Shown here piece by piece: positions 1 to 11,756 of a stretch of DNA of 64,000 nucleotides (position 1 is its first letter; each line of letters opens with the position of its first letter). Origin of the DNA: Candidatus Bathyarchaeota archaeon. GTDB lineage: Archaea > Thermoproteota > Bathyarchaeia > Bathyarchaeales > Bathycorpusculaceae. The DNA lies in contig CAVZKL010000028.1 in the NCBI GenBank assembly GCA_963775895.1, forward strand, positions 1 through 64,000, written 5' to 3'. Under the pieces are notes generated by a model. That model had not been told where the DNA came from, made no database searches, and saw only the letters and a program-made list of their open reading frames with translations. The position numbers and the translations under genes are program-made.

Positions 1-50
1 AGATTTGTAAGACAGAGAAGAGGAAATAAACCAAATCCAAAGAGGAAACC

Positions 51-513
51 ATGTTGCCGTCACCACAGAGAGCAGAACATGATAGACGGTATCGTGCACG
101 TCATCGGCAAGCTCGGCTACAATACGGTCGAGAAAGAGCATAGAGAGCATCGGGAACGGTACAATGACTACAATCGGCGGTGGCGTGCCGCTCATCTCGA
201 AGAGGCTAAGAAACGTGATCGTCGGTACGCGCAACGTTATCGCGAGGGTCATAAGGAAATACTTAGGAAAAGACATAGAAAATACAAGTACAACCTTACT
301 TCTGAAGAGTATGACTTGCTGTGGAAACGACAGAGCGGCCTCTGCGCCGTCTGCAATCGCCCAGTTGTTAGCTTAGGTAGGCGAAGCATAATTTGCGTTG
401 ATCACGATCATAAGACAGGAAAGATTAGAGGTCTTCTATGTGGCAACTGCAATTCGGCACTAGGGTATCTGAAGGATAATCCTCAAACTATCAGAAGGGC
501 ACTTGAATATTAA
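51..513 (+). CDS. Endonuclease VII-family (His-Me finger) protein, virus/homing-endonuclease-like; frameshift near 135
   Basis: YNLTSEEYDLLWKRQSGLCAVC...VDHDHKTGKIRGLLCGNCNSALG is the Endo VII signature. ATG at 51 after GAGGA gives an Arg-rich start (DRRYRARHRQ) matching the basic repeats in ORF 79..513. Confidence 0.85.
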
Positions 514-973
514 CTTTTGGGTAAAGGTGCGTGATTTTGAAAGAAGCTTCTACGCTGGCTCAACCGCTGAATCTGCGAGGTTTTTCCCAGCAGGACTCGC
601 AAAAGACGTTGGTGGTTTTGAAGAAGGCGTGGTTTTCTTTGAGGAGTCGACATTGCCCTATAAGATTCAGAGAAAAGGTTTCAACGTGTCTGCAAGGATT
701 GAATCGTTTATACTTCATCACGAAGAAGATTTTTCGCTCGCTAATTGGCTTAGAAAAAAGTTCTATTACGGAGAGTCTATTCAAAGTTACAAGCGCAACT
801 ATGGAGATTATTTCCAAGCCCAAACAAGCTTGTGGGGCAGGATTGATCTTTTCCTGAGAGAATGGAGAAGATTCTCAGGTAGACGAAGGCTTGCGTTTGG
901 AGTGATCGTTTTGAAAAGCTTGGAATACTTCGCTGCAGTCTCTGGTTCCGTTTATTCTGTATTGAAATCATGA
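511..973 (+). pseudogene. 3' half of a family 2 glycosyltransferase; N-terminal nucleotide-binding/DxD half missing
   Basis: FWVKVRDFERSFY...ARFF...VGGFEEGVVFFEESTL...ILHHE...KKFYYG resembles a GT2 C-terminal half. No real start codon or RBS; begins at the Endo VII stop. Confidence 0.65.
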
Positions 974-1112
974 ATTTGAATGAATATCTTCACTTTTTGG
1001 TTTGCGTTTGAGCCTACGATGATCGATTCTGCTACCGTTTTAGTGCGCGCTTGGAATTGTGACAGCTGAGCTTGAAGAACATTGAATTGTGGCTGATTTT
1101 TGACCATGATTC

Positions 1113-3423
1113 TCATTCTTTTCGATTTTTTCTCAGAAATTTCTGCGTTATTGAAGAGAAGGCTTTCGTAATGTCTTTCCGGCATAGGAACATCAGCAAG
1201 CTCATTGGTAAAAGCACTGACGCGATAATCGATATCACAAGCAGGTTTTGTGTCTGATATTCTATTCGTATAGTAATGTTTCCTGGGTTGTCTATTAGCC
1301 AACCGTTGGCGAAAGAATTCACTTCTAGATGGCTCGCTTCTGGAAGGAGACCACCGTTTACGTATAGCTTCCAGTTTGAACTGTAACTTTCCAAAAAAAC
1401 CAGAACGAATGGGCCTTTCGACGTTGCAGATGCCTCGTAATTTGTTGGGGACTTATCTTGCCAGACCAAGTTTTCTGGCGTCGTCAACGTCTTATTTGTT
1501 ATTTCTTTCAATGGTGTTGAATCAAGAAATACTGATCGATCTAGCACGGTCCAGTCCGAGTTCTCTGCAACGTCATGCATGTCATTTAATGTAGTGTAGC
1601 CCAAAAGGTTGTCGGCCGCGTAAACCTTCTGTACCGCATACGTGTTATTGAATAATGCAACTTCATTCCATTCTTTAACTAGGACGAAATTCTCATTATG
1701 ACCGAGATCAAGCGCATTTGCGTCGTACACATTACCAAATGTGAGGTCTTTGTCGAGGACGAGGTATTTTATGCCTAAAATGCCTAAGAACTTTCGATTC
1801 TGCGTCAGATTTGTTTGTAATAGTTGATGGAGTCTGTTTATCAGCTCCTGATTGCCAGACTGTATGTATTCTGTCCCGGTTCCAGTTATCACAGGTTTCG
1901 AAAAGATAAGCGGATACGGATTTCCACAGCTGAAAGGATCCCCGGAGAAATTGTAGACTACGTAAGTGCCTCTTTGCGGAAGCATAATGGCCCAATATTC
2001 ACTGGAAAGCATATTGTTGAGTTCAAAGTAGGAGGGAGGAAGAGTCGAACCCTTGATTTCAGGTTTCAGCCAGTTTCTTGCAACATCACCCGTCACTAAA
2101 GGATAGGCTGCTGATAGAAACAGTGCTGCCATCAGGCCCACAGCAATGATGTGTAATGCCTTATGGCTGAACCTGCTGCACAAAGCAGATACTGCGCAAC
2201 CTATTAGTATGCTCAGGGAGATAACTGCAAAAAACATCCAGTTGGATGCTTCCCTAAAAGCCTTCAACAACGGGAGTTCAACGATAGCGGAATACAACTG
2301 GTTTCCGTACTCGTTGAAGCTAAGACCTGAGGCTAGAAAAAGAGAAACTATCGCAACAATCCCGAAGAACATTGTGACTTTGCGTTGCTTCGAAAAGAGC
2401 AAGCTTGCAAACGCTATCGTTGCGGGCAAATAGGACAAAACGATTAGTAGAGGATTCGTCAAGTACACAATATTGTATGGGATATACGGTTTGCCAAGAG
2501 CACCGCCATAAAATGCCCATTTCGCGATCAGTCTTGTTACCTCGTACATTTTTAGAGAACTAGCGCGCGCACCAAACGCTGACGTATCCATCGCAGCATA
2601 GGTTGCGGTCAGAGTACCGAAATTCATAACGATCATTGTAATAATCCATATGGAGGCAAGAAGGAAGGACGCTGCAAATACCGCCAAGCCCTTTACGTAT
2701 CGATACAGCGATTTTGTACTCAATGAAATCCTGTAGGATATCAGTGGGCTACGTTTGTCAGATTCTGCTGGTAGCTTGCGACCCGATTGACAAAAAGATC
2801 GAAACCAAACCAAACATGATCAAGGAGAGAAGTATTGTTCTGTAATTTGGAAAAGTAGCGTACATCAAAGTGCTTAACATTCCAGAAATGGCCAACAGCT
2901 TGTAGGAGTTTGTCTTAAGACCTCTGAAAAACGCGATCAAACCAGGCAGGATAATCAAGACAGTATCTATGAATTCTACGGCTGTGATTTCTCTATCGTT
3001 GACTAGAAATACGTTAGAAGTCATAAAAATAGTAGCCATGAAAGATGCTGTAATATTGTTGCCCGTAAGTTGTTTGACAAACACGTACATGAGTATTGAC
3101 GACAGAAAATACATAATATAGACCGTCACGATTTCTGATAGGAACAGGCTCAAGCCAAACGTTTGGAAGACTGTCATCAGAAAATAAAATGGATCTAGAA
3201 TTCTCGGCGAATAGACCGACGGCATCCCAAAATCTATTTCATCCCACGTACTAGAAACACGACTAGTGAAAGCTTCGTTGAGAAATGGTGGTCTAAAATC
3301 CCCGCTGACAAGTATATAGGGATATTGAAACCAAGTGATTACTCTCAGACTAAATAATAAGAAAATTGCAAGGATCAGTATCTGAATAGATTTCAGATTT
3401 AGTCTTGCTCTAAGCTTGGCCAA
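1113..3423 (-). CDS. Polytopic membrane protein, GT-C/AftD(DUF3367)/YfhO-like; frameshift near 2760-2810
   Basis: ORFs 2758..3423 and 1113..2813 join. N-terminal GDFRPP, many TM segments, FREASNW, LGILGIKYLVLDKD, C-terminal FLESYSSNW...VNSFANGW plus a TM helix. Confidence 0.65.
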
Positions 3424-3585
3424 CCTTGAACCTCTAATTCTTGGTCATTTCAGAAATCGCTCTGCTGGGAAATTTCTGGTGTCATTGAAATCTCTTGATG
3501 TTCTTCAATCTTATATAACCTGCTTCTCATATATGCCCAGCCAGCTGAAACGAGAACCAGAGCTGTTGCAAAGGATCACCGCAAA

Positions 3586-6500
3586 ATGCAGATTCAAAAT
3601 GCCATTCGTTCGCTTCGTGAATTGTTTTTTGAAAACATAGATTGTATGTTTGCTCTCGCAGTCTCAATTCTCGTCAGTTTCTTTCTTGTCGGCAGGTTCT
3701 TGTTGCCAAATGGAACTCTCTTGTTCGGCGATTTTGTTCCAACCTTGCAATTGAACCAGTTTTTCAGGGTGCATTACCCCTTATGGTCCAACAGAAACGA
3801 CTTCAATTACGTCGGAACAATGAGGTTACCGTATCTTCTCATTTTCTACTCACCTTTTTATCTCATCGGAACGTCTTCAGAGGTTTTTTTCAAATCCATT
3901 GTTTATTGCACACTTGTGATATCTGGCGTTTCAATGTACGTCACGGTCCGGCATTTTCTTAATAGGTACCATGTAGACAGAAAGACTGTTATATTCTGCG
4001 GGATTGTTTCATCGTTTTTTTATGCTTTCAACCCATGGGTCATGGACAGGGTTGAACACTTTTTTCTTCTTGTAACCTACATGGTAATTCCGGTAATATT
4101 CCTTCTGTCTTTTCAGGTATTCAGCGAGGATAAATTCGATTTCAAACGAGTCTTTGCTTTAGTCCTGATTTGTCTGGTCGGTTCCACAGATCCCCATAGC
4201 GTCTTCTTCATTCTTTTCCTTGTTATCTCTCTATACTTGTTTCTCATGCTCTTTGATCGTAAACAAGTCGTTTCGAAAACCAAGAGTCTCGTTTCTTTCT
4301 CGGCTCTGTACGGGTTGGTCAGTGCCTTCTGGGTGCTGCCGCTTGCAGCTTATTCATTTTCTGCGGGTTCACTTTCGCCAGACTATGTCACTCAGCTCAA
4401 TGATCTGAATCTTCTCAGCCGTTACAGCAGCGTCTCAAACGTGATCAGACTCGTTTCTTATTGGTGGCCACACGTGAACTATTCTTTCGATACTTTTCCC
4501 TTGAACACTTTGTGGATTCTCGCTAGCTTCGCGTTTCCAATCATCTGCTTTTCAGCCATAATCTTTTACAAGAGAGACAGAAGCATTGCATACCTCTCCA
4601 TCTTGGGAGTTGCTCTGATTTTCCTGGCAGGCGGAACCGAGTCTGTGGTACCCGGCTTCTACGGATGGCTATGTTTTGACGCGCCAATATTGTCCTCTTT
4701 TGGATGGCTCTTCAGAGACCCCGACAAGTGGGTCCTTCTGCTTCCCTTGGCTTATTCCATGCTTCTTGCTTTCGCTTGCTCTAGGACTCGTTGAAATGAT
4801 TAGGAGACTGCGTAGACCAAGGTTGAGAAAGGCGGGCACGGTTGGCTTGATGTTTCTGCTTCTTTCTTTGTTGTTCATCTACGTGGTGCCCTCTGCCATC
4901 AATCACTTTGAGGGACCCTTCAAACCAGTAAACATTCCACCCGAGATTTATGACGCAAACAGTTGGATCAAGAACGATTCTGCTAATTACAACGTTTTGT
5001 GGATGCCTTCCTACGCAGATTACGGGGCCACGTGGGCCTACGATGAATTGACAGGCGCCTTCGAACTGGATTCCTCAGCAAAACCCACCTTTGATTCCAG
5101 ACTCCAAGTACGTTAGAGGATACCTCAACTACTTCGACAGAGTCTTAGTCGAGAACAGAGACGACGTCGCTGCAGCCTATCTCAACCCCTTGAACGTACG
5201 CTACATAATCTTCCACAACGACTCCGCCAATGCAGACTACGCCAACAACATCTTTCAGGGTCTTGAGCGCCAGAAAGACTTGGAACTCGTGCGACACGAT
5301 GGAATCGTATACATTTTCGAAAACAAGGGTTGGAACAACAAAGTATTCAACCTTTATGAGAAAGCCGCCGCCGTCACAGGAGGCTTTGACAGATTTGTCT
5401 CACTCAACGCTCTTCCCGGCTGGAATTCCTCGGGGTTTGCCGTGGTTTTTGTTGACCAAATTCTCACGAGCAACTATCTGGACGCAGACACTTTAATGCT
5501 AGAAGGTGAGTCGTTGAGTGACGCCTTACCGTTCTTCCTCAACGAAAGTCTCGTGATCGCGCCGTTTGATTTTGCCAAAAACTACGACCCGTCAAACGTC
5601 TGGTCCAGAGCTTCTCTTTCAGATTTGTTGGGCGGTTCGTTCAATCCCTATCTGCAGCAGTTTGGAGTCGAGTGCTGGGGCTCTGATTATGACAAAGGCG
5701 CCGTCTTCACGTCAGCTCCGTCTCAAAGGCTGGACATGAGCTTCGACGCAGGTTCCGAAGGCAATTTCACCTTGTTTGCCAGAGTCTTTGAGAGCACGGC
5801 GGGAGGCAGCCTTAATTTCTACGTTGACGGGAAAACTCCTGAAACAGTTGACACCAAAGGCCAGACTGACCGGTTTGTCTGGAAACAAGTCGGCGTGTTC
5901 AGCCTAGCTGGCGGGACGCATTCTCTGACACTAGAGAACACACAAGGCCTGAACGCAGTGAACCTGGTGGCAATCATGTCAGAGCAGAGAGCGTCAGAAT
6001 TGTTCCAGACATTTGCAAACGCCGTACAAACTAAGAACTTGTTATACGTGCTCGAGGCCGAGTCAGACATGTTCAGCGGCAATGCTCCGTTAGTAACTTC
6101 CCATGGAAGCGGGTGGAGCAACGGAGCAGCCGTTGAGCTGGCTGCTAACTCCAGTGTTTCCAAGAGCCTAGAGCTGGTCTGCTCTGGAAACTACACGCTT
6201 TTTGTCAAAGGTTCAGGACCATTACTCGTCAACATTGACAGAAGCTACTACAGTGAAGTCACCTTGCCGAGGTTTGGTTCTGCATTCTTGAATCCCGTAT
6301 ACTTGGGTTCAGGCTTGCACCAAATCGAAGTGAGCCCTCTTGGGAACAACCGGGCAGAGCTTGACGTGTTGTGGCTGATAAAACCGGTTGGCAATCTTGA
6401 CTTCCTGAACAGTTCAGGGTTAGACACTGTCAGCGCAAAAATCTTGAACGTGGAGGAAAACTCTCCGACGAGTTTCAAGGTCGAGATCGACGCGGACAAG

Positions 6501-6785
6501 CCTTTTCTGCTTCATTTTTCTGATGCTTACGACCCTTCGTGGACGGTTTCATTCTCAGGCAAGACTGTCGGTTCTGAACGGCTGTTCGGTGTCGCAAATG
6601 GTTTCAAGATAGATGTTTCTGGAAAAATAGTCCTCACCGTCGAGTTTGGGCCTCAACAGTGGTTTTTGACGGGTTCGGTCTTAAGTTTAGTTTCTGTCCT
6701 CGTCTGTCTGAGTGTAGTAATCTATTCTAGATTTAGAAAAAAGCGGAAAGAAACGCTGATGAACAGCCCAGCTCAAGATGTCTAA
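3586..6785 (+). CDS. Polytopic GT-C/AftD/YfhO-like membrane protein with extracellular carbohydrate-binding-like beta-sandwich inserts; two frameshifts (~4780, ~5100)
   Basis: Three consecutive ORFs. GDFVPT, YAFNPW, FRDPDKW, LNVRYIIFHND, CBM6/35-like LAGGTHSLTLEN and LGSGLHQIEV, FSDAYDPSW...VANGF, C-terminal TM. Confidence 0.65.
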
Positions 6786-6793
6786 CCCTCAGA

Positions 6794-7966
6794 CTAGCGT
6801 GCGTTAGCGTTGCTATTCGTCCTCATGGCAACTGCTCCTGCAATTACGAAGATTCCGGCGACCACTATCGTCAATGAACCCCAAGATAATATCCAGCCTG
6901 CGCCGATGAAAAGTGACGCAGCAAAGAAAGCCAACACGCCGGAGGCAACGGCCACTAATCGCGGCGCCAGTCTCCTCTTCGTGTAAACTATTACGGCGAG
7001 GCTTGCCCACGCAAGAACCGCGGCTGCGTGAGCCGCCAGGCTCACCGTGAGCATTATAGGCGTCAACAATGCCGTGGAATCTGTGAACACTAGTGGAAGG
7101 CTCAGGGGCAAGTACATTTGGATGCCCAAGAGTTGTCCCCATGGCAACAGAACTGAGGCCAAGCCGATCAATGCTCCTGCAAGAGTGATGTAGAAAACTC
7201 TGCGCAAATCCTCCTTCGGTCCGCCTCCGTCGGGTTGAACATCATGCCCGTGTCCTCGTCTGCGCAGTTTCTTTGATGCCTTGTCGATTCCCATTACCAC
7301 TGGGATCGCAAGCACCGCCGTCGGTAGCACTAGATCAAGCAGAATAGATCCTGCCTCCGAAGCCACGGTTTCTGACGTCAGTGATAGCGTGAAGATGTCG
7401 CCGTAGCTTGGAACCCACTCCTCAAAAAGGAGTATGCCCGACGCCAAGTCATAGATGAACATTAATGTGCCATAATCCATTCCTGTTAAAGTCAACGTTA
7501 TGTTGATACTTTGAAAGTTCCCCGCTGGAACCGTGAAATTCAATGCTTGGCTTGTCCCATTAGTTACGTCTGCCTGTGTTCTTGTACTCATTTGTGTTGT
7601 CCATTCCAGGTTTCCGCGCTGGCTCTGGGCTATGCATTCCGGAGGCAGATAGAACAGTGCTGTCAAGTAGTCTGCGTGCGCGGGAATACCATCTTTATAG
7701 CTGATCGTGATCGTGGAATTTATGCTAGAGTCCTCGAACGTGGAGTTGCTCAGAAAAACAAGTGACGTCTGATTAATGTCCAGTATCGTGATCGAGCTAT
7801 TCCATGTAGTATAACTGCCCTGACCAGACGTACCTACTCTTGTTACCGCGTAAATTAACGTTGCACCTTCTCCGAGTCCGAGCCCGCTTGCGCAGACAGA
7901 AGACAACGATGAGAGGCATAAAATAAACGTCAGCACAATAACGCACACAATACGTCGCGTGCTCAA
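6794..7966 (-). CDS. Hypothetical membrane protein (signal peptide, extracellular beta-rich domain, about 5 TM helices)
   Basis: C-terminal part of ORF 6794..9277. Own TTG start at 7966 (LSTRRIVCVIVLTFILCLSSLSSVCA signal peptide), downstream of an oligo-T terminator. Confidence 0.6.
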   Translation of the reverse strand: MSTRRIVCVIVLTFILCLSSLSSVCASGLGLGEGATLIYAVTRVGTSGQGSYTTWNSSITILDINQTSLVFLSNSTFEDSSINSTITISYKDGIPAHADYLTALFYLPPECIAQSQRGNLEWTTQMSTRTQADVTNGTSQALNFTVPAGNFQSINITLTLTGMDYGTLMFIYDLASGILLFEEWVPSYGDIFTLSLTSETVASEAGSILLDLVLPTAVLAIPVVMGIDKASKKLRRRGHGHDVQPDGGGPKEDLRRVFYITLAGALIGLASVLLPWGQLLGIQMYLPLSLPLVFTDSTALLTPIMLTVSLAAHAAAVLAWASLAVIVYTKRRLAPRLVAVASGVLAFFAASLFIGAGWILSWGSLTIVVAGIFVIAGAVAMRTNSNANAR

Positions 7967-7993
7967 GTTCTGATACTGTCCTGAATTGAATGT

Positions 7994-8020
7994 AAAAACG
8001 GGGAAAAAAAGAAAAGAGGG
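7994..8020 (-). terminator. Oligo-T terminator of the S-layer-like gene
   Basis: Minus strand reads CCCTCTTTTCTTTTTTTCCCCGTTTTT just after the reconstructed TAA at 8029-8031. Confidence 0.6.
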
Positions 8021-8028
8021 TTTTGGTT

Positions 8029-10594
8029 TTAAGTGTCGAACTCTACGCCTGCGATTGATGTCGTGGCGAGTTTCTCGATACCACCAGACGCTTGGTCCTT
8101 CGACTGTTGGATACGCCGGCAGGTTAATCATGTAGTTATAATAGGCGGACCACACTGCGTTAGTAGTGTCGAATCCGTATCCCTTCTCTATGAAGTCGTC
8201 TAATCCCAGTTCGGTGATTGTGCCTAACGCTTTGACGATGGTGAATCCCGTCGGTTCGAGGTTGTCATCGTAGGTTATGTGAAGTATCAATGACACTGTG
8301 CCAGGCGCGATCCAGTTGTGTTCAAGACCACTTTCGCCCAAGTATTGGGACGCCCATGCTGCAGCCCAGAACGTGTCTCGCCCGTTCCAGCCGTATATGG
8401 ACAAGCCTCTTGTTCCGTTTACGTCTCTTGCCAAGCCTATCACTGCGTAGTCGTCCTTGTAGCCGAAGGATGCGTTTGCTGAATTCCACGTCGATATCGG
8501 GAAGTAGTCGAACGTAGCCTTACCTGGATCGCTCGTTGGAGCTGAATTTGTCACTGATCCACCTAGAACCTTGGCGTACGAAGCTGTTCCTTCTCTGCTT
8601 ATCGCGTAGTCGAAGTCGTTGAAGTACCTTGTCAAGCCGTTGGCTTTCATGCCACCGAGGGTCATGATGCCGTTGGGGTTCCAATTTACACCGTCGTAGC
8701 CTATCATTCCCCACGTGTCATCAGTAGCGTCGAATATCCATCTCTCAGTCAATGGACTCTTGGATGGATACCAGTAATATAGGTCATCGGGTGTTTCGCC
8801 TTCCTCGAGAAATGCAGCCGACAAGCCGCCTGCTATTGGTTGAGGTGGACTAGCGGTCACGTCATCGTAGATGCCGAACGCGAATCCAATGAGTCCGGTG
8901 CGTTTGAACGAAGTTGCGTCAGCGCCTGTTCCTTTGGCAAGGTTGTTGAAGGATTCGTAGTAGTTTCCGCCGAAACTGTCCAATCCGTAGGGGATTGAGC
9001 CTTGCATGCCTACGACGGGCGCGGTCCATGGGAACATCGTGTCGTTTCTGTCGAACAACGTGAACGGTGCTGCTTGCCAGTTCTTTGCGATCCACGTGGC
9101 AAGGCTAGAGCCAGCGCTGTCCGTCGTGGCTGCGCTCTGTCCGAGTCCTATCCACTGGAAGTATTGGCTACCATCGTACGGGATGTAATTGCCTGGTACT
9201 GTCGTCAAGTCTTCAGGGTTGAACACTTTGTAGTCCAAAATGTATTCTACTTCTGCGTCAAGGATAGTTACCTGCATCCTGCAATGGTGCAGCCTTTACG
9301 CTTCGCATTGGCGCTGAAGGCATACCATTATCGTTCGCGTCGACTGCATAATCCGGATCTTGGTTGTAGTCTGTCATGCCTACGACTTCGACGAACCTGA
9401 TCTCTCTCTCTGGTCCCTCTTTAGCAAGCATGCGCATCAGGTTTGGATGGTCTGCTATGTTGTACCGCCATTGTGCTACGACCCACGGAGTGTTTGGTTC
9501 GCCGCCAGCACTCAGGGGTGTGTCCGCTATTGCAGTTCCTAGTGGTAACACCGTTGTGTCTCCGTCTCATTGGGTCTGGAACGAGCGGTGAGTACACGCT
9601 GTACTCGGTTGTGTTCGGCCAGAAACCAGCAAAGAGAATGTACTGGTGTTCAGGATCATACGCCTGCAGAACGTCGAAATCGTAGCTTCCAGTAAGCGGG
9701 TGCTGATAGACTGAAGTATCGATAGTTGTGATAGTAGTGTATGTAGGCGAGGTTCTCGGCGTTAACTCCTCTGGCAAGGTCAATCTCGTAGCGCTCTGAG
9801 AAAGCGAAGTCGTTGAAGTTGTCCAGAACTTTCGGATCCACGAGCGTCTTATAGTCCTTATACAGTGTAGCGTACTTCTGATCCTTCTGGAATACTAACG
9901 TGAAGGTAATCTGGCAGACGTCCTCATCATACACTGCATCGTGGATGGTCACTGTGGTTCTGGCGATTCCAAGTCTTGCACTGTCGTAGAGAATTTCTAG
10001 ACCCGTGTTTGACAAGGTGCCCGCAGTGATGTTTGCTAACGGGTTGTCTGGAGTGTATTGGCCCTTCCACGTGTACACTGCTCTGCCGCCTTCTGCAGAT
10101 GTGAAGTCACTGTATATTCCCCAGGCTTCCAAGCATCTCAGTTTGGTTTGGCGAGTGTAGTTTATATATAGAACCCAGCCTTGGATCAAGTCTTTCTGGG
10201 AGATGATTTTATTGGCCCAAGACTCCGTCTTAGTCCATTCAGCTCCATTGTAACCATAAGCCAGTCCAGTGTTCGCAGAATCAGCCATTTCGCCAAAGGC
10301 CGTCAGGCCGACTCTTATGCTCTTGCTCGCGTTGAAGTACACATCGCTTGGAGTGTAATGTAGTCGTCCATCCATTGATTCACAAAGTAGGAATATTGGC
10401 ATGCTGTCATAGTAATCGTTGCCCGCGGTGCCCTCAAGTGTCACGTAATCTGTTCCTGTGGCCGTCGTTTTCCCGTTTATGAACGCGCTAATTAATGGAA
10501 CAAACGTTATTGAACCGATTAATGCCGCTGCTAGTACAAGAAATCCGATGGTTTTTAAACTGTTTTTCGAATTCATTTTTCTTTCCTCTATCAT
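8029..10594 (-). CDS. Probable S-layer (glyco)protein, about 850 aa, split by several frameshifts
   Basis: ORFs 9656..10594, 9421..9783, 9258..9551 and the N-part of 6794..9277 tile one gene. Signal peptide, Thr/Gly/Tyr/Asp-rich, NxS/T sequons, S_layer_C-like motifs (IMTLGGMKANGLTRYFN; SIYGWNGRDTFWAA), own TATA and terminator. Confidence 0.6.
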
Positions 10595-10625
10595 TTAATT
10601 TCGTCTTCTATATGTTTTAACCATT

Positions 10626-10641
10626 CTATTTAAAAGGTTTT
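10626..10641 (-). promoter_or_regulatory. BRE/TATA promoter of the S-layer-like gene
   Basis: Minus strand AAAACCTTTTAAATAG about 30 bp upstream of the start. Confidence 0.55.
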
Positions 10642-10806
10642 CCGTTTCCAAAAAACAAATCTCAGACCTTCAGTACGAACCCAAACGCGCGAACCGACCG
10701 ATTTTTCACCATCACTAGTCAAACAGAGCATATCAATCACAGCTAGGACAAAACGCATCCCCATCGAACGCTACGTGACAACAGAGAAAGACAAAAACCC
10801 CTCTTT

Positions 10807-11603
10807 TCACAGAGTCCCCTTGAACAGATCTTCATCCTGAGGAATCTTCAGCTCTTCGAACCTGCAATCTTGGCACGCAGTCGACAGAATCCCGCAACCC
10901 TCTCAGCACCACGACCGGCCTTGCCTCCGTGCCCTGCCCCATCAACAACTCTGCAGCAGCCGCGATCTCATCCACAACGGCGACGTTCTTAACCTTCAGA
11001 ACTTGCCCGAAAAGATCCTTCTTCCCCCGATAATCTCTGAACAAACCGAGACCAGACACGCCTATAGCAAAGTTAACCTGACCACGCCTGAAAGGACGAC
11101 TGTAGGTATCGCAGATGACAACCGCCACGCTCTTGCCCGTCAATCCCTGCAATTCAGACCTGCAGCTCCGAGCTGAACAGTCTGGGTCCGCAGGCAACAG
11201 AGCAAAATCGCTCTCTTCCTTCGACGTTTGACTTGTCAATTCCAGCGTTTATGCAGATCAAACCCCGCTTGTCCTCAACCAAAAAAACTTCGCGAGTCGA
11301 CTTCAACACCCTCTTGGTCTCACGAAGAACAAGCTCCACAAACCGCGAACCCTTCCCAGTCATTCTCGCAAGCTTCCTGGCTCTTGCCGAAGGAACGACA
11401 TCCCTGAGGTTGACCACCCGTCCTTCAGCCTTAGAGAAAATCTTCTGAGCAGCAACAACGATGTCTGAATCCTGCAGCTCCAAACCGTTCCTCCTGCAGG
11501 TCTCAACGATCATTCGCGCTACGTCATCTCCCTTCTTAACCATGGGAAAACCTTCCAAAGCAAAGGCAGTAAAACTCTTCAAGAGCCCATCACTTTCCTC
11601 CAA
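10807..11603 (-). CDS. cofE: Coenzyme F420-0:gamma-glutamyl ligase (frameshifted)
   Basis: GFPMVKKGDD, DIVVAAQKIFSKAEGR, CINAGIDKSNV, VVICDTYSRPFRRGQ, DEIAAAAELLMGQG, and C-terminal EDLFKG in another frame. Confidence 0.9.
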
Positions 11604-11756
11604 GCATGTTCTTCTGCACCGTTAAATCTCTTACCCAAAACAAAATCGCAGAAAATCAAGCGTTGAATTTTGAACCTGAATTCAGGATTCATAACACTTT
11701 AACCGTATGCCATCAGAGGGATATGTTAAACCAAAATCTACAGTGGATGCTTGAAC

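Noticed and set aside
1-520. Group I or BHB intron carrying the Endo VII gene inside the GT2 gene
   Set aside because: No terminal G, no room for a ribozyme 3' core and no BHB motif at the junction; the 5' exon is not visible.
952-1302. 116-aa minus-strand ORF and the many short antisense/overlapping ORFs in the track
   Set aside because: They overlap well-supported genes, lack recognisable motifs and are expected shadow ORFs.
6794-9277. 827-aa ORF as a novel S-layer/membrane fusion protein
   Set aside because: It reads through a terminator because of a probable indel; better explained as two genes.
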